Shown piece after piece: positions 50,370 through 59,433 of a DNA stretch of 64,000 nt; positions within the stretch are counted from its first letter, which is position 1, and every line of letters begins with the position of its first letter. Both the position numbers and the translations under genes were made by a program. The notes beneath the pieces were generated by a model. It had not been told where the DNA came from and did not search any database. It saw only the letters and a program-made list of their open reading frames with translations. This DNA comes from Eledone cirrhosa (taxonomy: Eukaryota), in assembly GCA_964016885.1 (NCBI GenBank), contig OZ024747.1, forward strand, positions 32,674,001-32,738,000, written 5' to 3'.

Positions 50370-50537
50370 AATATATAAACAACTATCTGGTTGTGGAACC
50401 AACCAACCAACCAGAAATTTATAAATTCCTAAATTTATAAATTTATTATAATAAATTGAAGTGAAAGCAACAGGTGCGTGTGTTTCTTATTGGCAACATG
50501 ACCCTCCCAAAGTATAACAATATATATATATATATAT

Positions 50538-50573
<36 letters not shown>

Positions 50574-52785
50574 GTTTAACGTCTATCTTCCACGCTAGCA
50601 TGGGTTAGACGGGAGTTGTACCACTTGAGGCAAGACTGATCGGGTGACCATGTCTCGCTTGTATAGGACTATCTGGCAGGTTTTCTACGGCTCAACCACA
50701 TTTACAGTGTTACCTACACGACCACATTACAGCATCGACTGTGTGTTTTTTTGTCGTGACACCTACACGACTTAATTAGTTTGGACTGGATGCTGTGGTA
50801 CCAACATAACTTTATAGAGAAAGGGTTGGCGGGAGTGGAAGGATGTACTAGGGGTAGTGGGTTGGGATGTATGTTTGATCGGGAGGGGCTTACTGACTGT
50901 AGGTTTACTTTGCACATAGGGAACGCGGGGTTTTGTATTACTGTGTGGTGACAAATATCTCGATCCAGTGACATTATCTTAGAGAGGTGCAAGTGTGCAA
51001 GGTCGGAATTTATCCTGTCATCCGAAGTTTTTCTGGGTCTACCTACTCTGTAATCCATCAAATTTGATCGCACTGCTTTTTTTTATACAATTGTCGTCTT
51101 TCATGCGCATCACGTGACCATACCAACGTAATCTTCTCTCGAGTAAACAGCATCTGATTCCTCTTATTCCTAATTTATCCCTTAGTTTGTTTATGTTTTG
51201 CCGTTTGTGTATATTACTATTACACATCCAACGGAGCATGCATGCTTCGTTCCTTTCCAGTCTGCGCAGGTCCTCTGCACACAAAGCCCACGTTTCACTT
51301 GCATGTAACATTGCTGTTCATATACAAGCATCATACAGCCTGCCTTTCATTTTCAGAGAGAAACTCTTTGTGGCCAACAGCGGTATAATCTCTCTGAACC
51401 TTTTCCATCCCGTTCTAACTCTAGCTACTGTACTTTCAGAGCACCCTCCACCACTGCTGATTTTGTCACCCAGGTAACGGAAAGTGTCCACTATTTCTAT
51501 AGAACCATCTGGGCAGTAGAAGATCTAGTATCCTGTGGGCACTTGCTATTTATTGCACCTGAGCATCGGCCACATATATATAATCTATGTTCTTAGATAG
51601 CTTACTTGTGATCCCACTACATCTTTTATGTACCCATAGTTTGCATTTGGGACATAGCATGAAATTTCTACCTACTCCTTTCCTACACATTGAGCATGGT
51701 CATTATCTTTGATTGCCTTACTTATTATACTACCATTAACTTGCACAACTTATTTTTATTTCTGGATATTTTTGGATCGATTTGGGGCAGACTATCTTTT
51801 TCCCATTTATTCTCCTTATTTAGTAGTCTCTCGCAGTGACATTTCCAAGCTACCTTCTTATCAGTATCAGTGAGGGCAAGTACACCATCATCATTATGGA
51901 CACACTTCTCCCCGACAATATCCTTGACACATTGTCTTGCAATCCTGAACACCTCATATTTTTGGTCCTCACGTTGTAGAACATGCTTGAACTTTTTATT
52001 CTCTGCTTCCCTTCTTGCCTTGTCTCCTACCTTCTCTCCTCGCCACTTGATGGCGTTCTCTACTTCTCCCATCCCGCCATACTTTCCAAGCCTACATTTT
52101 AGCCTTGATTGTCTCCTCCACCTTATTGCTCCTCCACCAAGTTACTCTCCTTCTGCGTACAGGTCTGCTCCAGCCACAGATTTCATCTGTCGTCTTCAGC
52201 AGGTTAACTTTCAAGAATTGCCACTGTTCCTCTATACTGTATGTCTCTAATTGCTCTTCCTTACTTTCAAAAGCATCAAGTAATATACTTTTAAATTTGT
52301 TACTGGCTGTGAGGTCTTTAAACTTCCATATTCTTCTCCTCAGAGTAGTCCTCCTCTGTCGTCGTGTACGTCTAGTCCTGACTATGAGGTCACTAACTAC
52401 TAGGTTATGTTGGGAGATGCATTCTTCATGGGGGACGGACTTAATGTTTACAACAGACACGCTGTCACATCTTCTAGTAAGGATATAATATATCTGACTG
52501 GCATGCTCCCCTGATCTACAGGTGATCAAGTGATTGTCTCGCTTTTTGAAGTTCGTGTTACAGATAGTTAGGTTATTAGCGTCACAATATTCCAGGATCC
52601 TGAAGTTTTCCTCATTTCTAGTACCTAACCCATAGCCTCCATAGATTCTGTCATAGCCATCACAATGTTGTCCAACGTGACCATTAAGGTCACCAGCAAT
52701 AATTAATTAGTCATTGTCAGTTATTTGGGAGGTAGAGAACATTAGCAACTCATAGAACCTGTCTTTTATAACGTCAAGTAGGCAC
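50538..52785 (-). mobile_element. Degenerate RTE-clade LINE with (GAT)n tail; RT core deleted
   Basis: APE motifs IIAGDLNGHVG...YGLGTRNE...LTICNTNFKKR..HLIT. Cys cluster PCSMCRKGVGRN..LC..C.LWVHKRCSGI. C-terminal MLHASETW...LRWYGHVMRM...GRPRKT. (ATC)n at 50538-50573 is the 3' tail. Many stops and frameshifts. Confidence 0.85.
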
Positions 52786-52787
52786 AG

Positions 52788-52925
52788 TCATTAGAATATG
52801 GGATAGAATGCTTTGCAGTATTTGTTTTGGCTCTCTACTCTCTGAGTTCAAATCCCACTGAAGGCAACTTTGTCTTTCATCCATTTGAGGGAGTAAAATC
52901 ATACCAGTCTTGTACTGGGTTCGAT
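52788..52925 (+). mobile_element. SINE fragment, same family as 44884-45420
   Basis: tctgagttcaaatcccactgaaggcaactttgtctttcatcc...ataccagtcttgtactggg matches the shared motif. Confidence 0.65.
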
Positions 52926-52984
52926 TCTTCCTTCTTACCTCTTTTTCTCTTTCATTCTCTCACTCTATATCCTGTCCACTCTAT

Positions 52985-53288
52985 ATCCTGCTAACAAGCT
53001 CGTCTTTGCTTCAGTAACAGTTCCCAGCATATATTATCCTTCCTTTCCTAACAAAAGCTGATACATGTGGGATCTGTCCATATAGCTCTTCCTTCAAGAA
53101 TGTTGCTTCCAGGACCTATTCAGGACTATTCATAGCATTCAGGTGTATATCTCATCAAGCTTGTTCCCTAATCTGTGTGCCATTTTCCATGTTGAGGGGC
53201 CATACATGTCAGTTATAGCATGACATACATTCAACCTGATGTCATGTGCACTTTTACTATGGAATCTGATCTTGTACCTAAGTCAGAG
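52985..53288 (-). mobile_element. Ancient RTE-type LINE C-terminal fragment (second family)
   Basis: Hand translation of the minus strand: YGPSTWKMAHRLGNKLDEIYT*ML*IVLNRSWKQH...LYGQIP...YAGNCY*SKDELVS, resembling the post-RT region of RTE-group LINEs. Confidence 0.55.
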
Positions 53289-53309
53289 AACAATAGATAC
53301 GAGACATAT

Positions 53310-53428
53310 GAATGTATGCATGTATGTGTCTATGTATGTAATGTGCATGTATATAAGTGTGTATGTATGTATGTGTCTATGTATGTAATGTGCATGTATA
53401 TAAGTGTGTATGTATGTAAGTGTGTATG
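53310..53428. repeat. Two-copy ~47-bp minisatellite of TATG-type sequence
   Basis: gtgtctatgtatgtaatgtgcatgtatataagtgtgtatgtatgta occurs twice, 47 bp apart. Confidence 0.8.
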
Positions 53429-54069
53429 AGTGATTAACTTCATAGGACGGTATCATATAGCAATTTATACTGGTATCATTAATCACTATTTTGAAAATCA
53501 GTGTTTTTTCTAATTACTTTTTATTAATTATTAAACGAATATATATTGTTTTCATTTTGGTGTTGTTGTTTCGATCTGATGATGCCCTGCCATTCATTCT
53601 GGTCATTGTCATGGACACTCAACCATAGCTGTTTTATTTTCTGTTTTGTCAGTTTATACATTTTAATTTATTGTAATATTCTAGTCAAAATATAATGAAA
53701 TGAAATCGAAAATGTGAATTGCCAAAAAAAAATATCAATAATAAATAAAATAAAAATTAAAAATTAAAAAATAAATAAAATCAATGCATTGTGCATGTGA
53801 ATAGGAATTAGAAATATGAATGGAAGTAGTGTGTAGTGGTGTTGCAATGTATTTTATTAGCCAGATTTGGTGATCTGCCAGTGGTCTCAGCAGAATATTT
53901 TTGGTTTATTAGCAAACATATCTGTTTTATGGTGGCAGGTAAATATTAGTTCTATCTCTTTTTATTTAGAGTTGATGTTGGTGGATATAATACACGAAAT
54001 ATTTCAGGTAAATAAAGTTTTTGTTGTTGTCATGTGAAAGGGAACATACAAATATATACAAGTGTGCCT

Positions 54070-54550
54070 GAATGTGTATATATATGTTGTGATGTTGTGT
54101 GTCTCTTTCTCTCTCTATATGTATGAGTGTGTGTGTATATATATCTGTGTGTGTATGTGTATATAGATGTGTGTATATGTATATGTGTATGAGTATATAT
54201 GTACATGTATATGAATATGTGTATACATATGTGTGTATATGTGTGTCTCTCTATATGTGTATGTATATATGTGCGTGTATGTATATATATATGTGTATGA
54301 GTATATATATATATATATGTGTGTATATGAGTATATATATATATAAATATATATATATATTGTATATTTCTAGATTTGTTGGTTTCACAGAGTTAATCTG
54401 GTAATTCATCCACAGGATGAATTAGCCATGGGCTCATAATGAATATGATAAATAATAAATATGATTCTGCTACATGCATGGTGTCATCCCATATACAAAT
54501 GTTATTTTTAGACACATAAACCCAGCATTTATCATCTGTGTATATGTATG

Positions 54551-54617
<67 letters not shown>
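54070..54617. repeat. (TG/TA)n microsatellite tracts
   Basis: Direct inspection; pure (TA)n at ~54555-54617. Confidence 0.9.
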
Positions 54618-54621
<4 letters not shown>

Positions 54622-55245
54622 ATAAATTAACAGAGCCATAGACTCTCATTATTCCCTGTCAATAATGTGCTCAAAGGAAAAGGAATCCTGAGCTCTTTAA
54701 AATACAATATGTTGAAAAGGTAACACACTAGAGAGAGATAGTGCGCCATCAATAAAACGGGGAAAACCAAGTCTATGGCTTCGTTAATTTATTGTGATAT
54801 TTTGCTCCTTATAACAGTCTCTCCTCTTTCTCTGTTTGATTGGACACACTTCTATGAGTGGTTTTTGGGCTTCTCTTTCTAGCAGCTCGTCCTTTAGATA
54901 CCACTGGTTCACTGTCCTACGCACGCTGTCACATCTCTCTGCCGCGTGTAGCTGGATGGTCGCTTTAGATTCTTTTAGAGTTGTCTGGAATGTGTAGCCT
55001 TGCAAGCGCTGATGAACCATAGGCTATTCCATTTCAGTTAACAACCTCCTGGCGAAACAGATCTCTTTCGATTTGTACGCGTGTGTTATATAGTTATAGA
55101 GGTCGTATATACATTTTAATTTATATTTTTAATTATTGTGTGTCTACCCTGCCTTCCATAGATTATAGATTCCATGCACTGGTCGTTTTCCCTGTTCTAT
55201 TGATGGCGTACTATCTCTCTCTAGTGTGTTACCTTTTCAACATAT

Positions 55246-55246
<1 letters not shown>
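54614..55246 (+). mobile_element. Non-autonomous HHR-bearing element, family A (~538-nt circularly permuted monomer with inverted 5' arm)
   Basis: Minus-strand arm 54614-54767 plus + arm 54770-55246. 54706-54767 is the reverse complement of 55185-55246, and 54614-54644 is the reverse complement of 54770-54800. (TA)n on both sides; no credible ORF. Confidence 0.8.
54993..55090 (+). ncRNA. Full-size type I hammerhead ribozyme
   Basis: Stem I GCG/CGC with distal extension. Core CTGATGA (55009-55015). Stem II CCA-t-AGG...CCT-cc-TGG with an A.C mismatch at 10.1-11.1. GAAA (55054-55057). Stem III CAGATC/GATTTG. GUA triplet; predicted cut after 55077. Confidence 0.8.
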
Positions 55247-55279
<33 letters not shown>

Positions 55280-55334
55280 GTGAAAGATTGAAGAATAACA
55301 TGGTCGGCTGTACAACAAGGGGCTTTATTTCAAG

Positions 55335-55444
55335 TATTAACAATTGTTTCATTGATCAGGTGAGTCTAAAGGCCGCTAATCACTCGAAGTTGCGTCACTC
55401 AACCTTAAATACAGGATTTACCTCGGATCAAATCATCAGAATAT
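55335..55444 (-). ncRNA. Type I hammerhead ribozyme with palindromic stem III and long stem II
   Basis: Minus strand: TATT-CTGATGA-T-TTGATC-[~68 nt]-GATCAA-T-GAAA-CAATTG-TT-AATA; ACAATTGT is a perfect palindrome; GUU triplet. Confidence 0.75.
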
Positions 55445-56411
55445 GAGAGAACTCATATACAGCGTACAATCAAAACAACAACACCAATAATAAAATATAA
55501 TGATAAAGAGGTAAAGAAGTTACAGATGTAAAAAGTAAAAAAATAAAGAAATAAAAATAAGTAAAAAAGAAAGAAAATATATGTACAGAATATGATAGTT
55601 GATAATAGTGGTGGTGGTGGTGGTGAGTAAGTGTCTGTATAAGGATGTGGGGTGGAGGTAGTACTATCATGAAAAACAATATTAGATACATACTTACATA
55701 CGTGTAGAGAATGAGAGGTAGTAAATGAGAGATAAAAGATAAAATACAATCAATTAGAAATAAAGTGAGAGATACCAGGATGAGACATAAGGGATAGGGA
55801 TGGATGGGGAGGGGGGTGTGGTGATATGTATGTGGGTTAAATATTTAGCGTGCTGATTATCTTATCTTAATGGGGTTAATGTGGCTTCAGGGAGAGAGTG
55901 AAAGAAAGGTTAGGAGATTTATGATCTAGTGACCAGTCGGTCAGTTGACAGCTAATAACAGTGTGGTGGTATGTATTCCGTACATTAAATCCGGTGGTTC
56001 AGCTCGAATTTTGGGATTGCTGGGTCGAATCATATTGGTTTGAAATTTGAGAACTTGGTAGCTGCTTTGTGCCTACAGAAAATTGATATTTCTATTTTGC
56101 TGTTAAGCAGCATCTTATCGTACTTTAAAATATGGAATAGCTCTATATTGCGAAGTCCGCAGTGGGAGATTCCATTGTTGTAGGCCCTTGCTCCCGATAA
56201 TTTTGAACAGCTAATCCTATATTCCTGGTTTGTGTTCTTAAACTACCTAACTATGGAAAGATCTTGTTGAGTCAAACAACACCGTACGTTAAAACTATCC
56301 ACAATACAGAGTACTCACAGCCTCTAACTAGATTACCTATAACGATAACTTGTTATCCCATGTACCCAGCTCCCACTAGGTTGAGCAACAACCATAACGC
56401 ACGGATCTCAC

Positions 56412-57578
56412 ATGGAAAAGCACCACTTAGGCATGTCCTTCAAAAACATACCTATACCTACAAACAAGGACTATACACTCGGCATGATACAGCGTACTAA
56501 TGACTTCATCCGCCCAATCCGATGGAAGGTCTATCATTACGATAAAGGACACGCTAATAACAGGAATTTACTAGGGAAAAATACGGATTCAAATCCTGAA
56601 AAAATCCACCGAATAACCCCCAGCTATATGCCTTCGAACTCGACCTCATGAACATGATAAGTGGAACCAAATTAAAAAAAGGTATGGGTTACAACAAACT
56701 GCAAAACGACATCAATGCACTACTGAAGAAACTACGCAACACCAACGGAATTATAGTAAAAGCGGACAAAACATCAAACGTATACACTATGAGCCTTAAC
56801 ACATACATTAACTTTATACGCCGTGAACTACACAAAAAATACAGGGAAACTACAGAATCTACATTCACTAGCATTAATAAGGAAGGACTGACTGAAAATA
56901 TCTGATAGAACCGAGCCTCTAACCCTTTGTAACCCCAAGTTTAACCTAAAGGATCATAAAAATAATTTCGAAACAGACCCCATAATTAGATTAATATGCC
57001 CTTCGAAGTCGGATATAGGTAGAATTAGCAATTATATACTAGATAGAGTAATAGCACAAAATCAAGGACAAACTAGTAATTAAGCTTTTGGGTAACACTA
57101 ACGAAGTAATAGACTGGTTCAGAAAAATAGACAGTAGAGAAACCTCCAACTTCATACAGTTTGACATTAACGACTACTATTCCTCCATCTCCCAGTCACC
57201 CTAGATAAAAAACTAGCCTTTACCCAGAAAAACTCGGCCCTAACCTCTGTGGAAATTAGAATAATACTAGCTGCTAGGAGAACTATCATTAGATTCGAAA
57301 ATAGTTACTGGGAACGAAAAAACAGACAGAATAGCTTCGATATCACAATGGGATCAAGCAACTCAGCTCAGGTAACAGACATAGTCGGAATATATATTGC
57401 GCATAAGTTACATAGAGAATTTAATAACCTCCAAGGAGGAATGTATAGAGGCGACACACTCCTTTTAGCTAAGAACTTAAATAATCAAAACATGGAAAAA
57501 TTACGGAAAAACACCAGAGTCTTCTTCAATAGACTAGGCCTAGGTATCACTTTCAAACTTAACTCTAAAAAAGCAAAC
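56412..57578 (+). pseudogene. Fragmented Naiad-like PLE reverse transcriptase (N-terminus to motif C)
   Basis: SFKNIPIP...FIRPIRWK, VKADKTSNVY, LKDHK...IRLICPSKSDIGRIS, FIQFDINDYYSSI, FDITMGSSNSAQVTDIVG, GMYRGD (YRDD mutated); several frameshifts; truncated at ~57578. Confidence 0.85.
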
Positions 57579-57596
57579 TCGATCAGATCTTCGGAA

Positions 57597-58367
57597 ACAG
57601 CAGCCGAACCATTATTATGATCTATAGTAGCAGTTTTGGCAAATTTTTGCTCAACAAAATAATTTGGAGATAATTATAAAGAATTAGTATATCTACCAAC
57701 ATATATATACAGATGCATACCTATGCTAGCAAATATATAGGTTTTGTCTTAGTAACTTTGTGGTTCAATGCAAGGGGATGCAGAACAATTATATGAAAGA
57801 CGTAAGATAAGAAAATTATAAAAATTAACTTACTTACTAAAATTTCACTCCAACTAATTAGTTTCTGAAAGGGAATAAACAAAGTTACTAAGACACAACC
57901 TATATATTTGCTAGCATAGGTATGCATCTGTATATATATGTTGGTAGATATACTAATTCTTTATAATTATCTCCAAATTATTTTGTTGAGCAAAAATTTG
58001 CCAAAACTGCTACTATAGATTATAGTAATGGTTCGGCTGCTGTCTTCTTAACACCCCACTCCTCACTGATTAACCTCGATGTCACGTGATTGATTCTTTT
58101 GAATTTACCACCGACCAAGTAGGCAGTGATTTTTTCAATGTGTTGGAACTTAGTCCATGCTTTGCTTTTTTCCATCCACTGAATTATTTTTGTATAAGTT
58201 CCCTGTGTCCACGCATTGCCTGGGAACTTAGCTGAGAATAGACTTCCCTGATGACGAAAGGATTTCTCCATGTGTTGCTTCGGAAACCATGTTTATTCCC
58301 TTTCAGAAACTAATTAGTTGGAGTGAAATTTTAGTAAGTTAATTTTATAATTTTCTTATTTTACGTC

Positions 58368-58374
<7 letters not shown>
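57597..58374 (+). mobile_element. Non-autonomous HHR-core element, family B, copy 1 (inverted arm 57597-57880 + direct arm 57881-58374)
   Basis: 57597-57760 is the reverse complement of ~57880-58043, and ~57792-57880 is the reverse complement of 58291-58374. Homologous along its length to 63007-63531. Right end in (TA)n. Confidence 0.85.
58248..58296 (+). ncRNA. Hammerhead-like core in family B
   Basis: CTGATGA-CGAA...TTCG-GAAA-C-CATG-TTT; stem II present; proximal stem I not resolved by eye. Confidence 0.5.
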
Positions 58375-58429
<55 letters not shown>

Positions 58430-58438
58430 TAAAATAAC

Positions 58439-58510
58439 AGATTAAAGTTTAAGCAAAGAATCGCTGCTTTCACTCTTAACGGGATCTTCTGAAACTAACA
58501 AAGTCAATCT
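58439..58510 (-). ncRNA. Variant hammerhead (CAGAAGA core), 3' pLTR copy
   Basis: Minus strand: GTTT-CAGAAGA-T-CCC-gttaa-GAG-T-GAAA-GCA-gcgattctt-TGC-TT-AAAC, with distal stem I AGATTGA/TTAATCT. Confidence 0.6.
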
Positions 58511-59433
58511 GTAAACGCAGAAATGGATATTTCAAAAAACGTTACAACCGGAGGAAGACAGGAAGACGATGCCTTGGTTCGTGGAAACGTTCGCCGGCAA
58601 AGAACGGGAAAAAACAAATATAATACGTCATTAATAGGAGCGGTGAAACCAATTACGCGCAAAGACAGAACCACGTTTATGGTATAAAAGAGGTCGTAGA
58701 CTAATGTTCTCTTAGGTGGTTCATAGAGACGTTCTCTGGCAATGAACGAAAAAAACGAAGATAATACGTCATATGTGGAGCGTGGAGAACAATAGCACGC
58801 AAAGACAAAACCACGTAAATGGTATAGCAGAAGTCGTAGACTAAAATTCTTACTAGGATACCGAATGAATCTCCGCTTCAGAGTTAAGAACAAAGTAAAT
58901 AAATACAATACAGAAGTAAAAGAAATAAATAAATACATACACGCAAACAAATACGTACATACGCAAGCATACGCAAAACACTTACCATAGGTATACAAAA
59001 CCACGCACATATAAATATGTGTGTATGTGTATGTATGCGTGTATACAAATAAATAAATAATTATATAAACGTATATAAATAAATACGTATATAATAAGCC
59101 CACACACATACCTACATGTAAATACACGAATGTTCGGAGACGTAAGTCAACCAAAACATGAAGTACACATATACACACACCCTACATACGTATGAACCTG
59201 CATACTCACACAGACGCAAAACTCCCGTATACACATAGCCAAACCATATGTACCAGAATATATAAAATTATACGCCATAACATAAACAATCAAATATACG
59301 TACGAGAAGGTATCCGTACCTTCACAAAACATACGGGTAATATATACATACCTATGCCTAATAAGTAATGGTATAAACAAAACATATACTAAGCTCCCAC
59401 ATCAAGAGGTAAAATATCCACAAATAGATCGTA

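Larger units (their letters stand above)
47969..50523 (+). mobile_element. 5'-truncated Penelope-like element (Neptune-like) with inverted pseudo-LTR
   Basis: RT+GIY-YIG ORF flanked by ~210-bp inverted repeats (48026-48237 vs 50312-50523); both ends abut TA runs. Confidence 0.9.
55280..57578. mobile_element. Degenerate Naiad-like PLE: inverted 3' end (55280-56255, minus) followed by 5' half of ORF (plus)
   Basis: Minus strand 56030-56242 translates ARAYNNGISHCGLRNIELFHILKYDKMLLNSKIEISIFCRHK, homologous to the C-terminus at 59434-59730. Plus strand 56412-57578 is homologous to 60014-61575. Confidence 0.8.

Noticed and set aside
48026-50523. Terminal inverted repeats suggesting a DNA transposon or DIRS element
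   Set aside because: The enclosed ORF is RT+GIY-YIG with no transposase or tyrosine recombinase; arms are asymmetric and carry an HHR, as expected for a PLE inverted pLTR.
53577-53620. CTGATGA motif suggesting another hammerhead
   Set aside because: No properly placed GAAA or stems found downstream.
58504-59380. 224-aa and 77-aa minus-strand ORFs
   Set aside because: They lie in the low-complexity 3' UTR/pLTR, have no motifs, and the frame is not preserved in the other pLTR copies.
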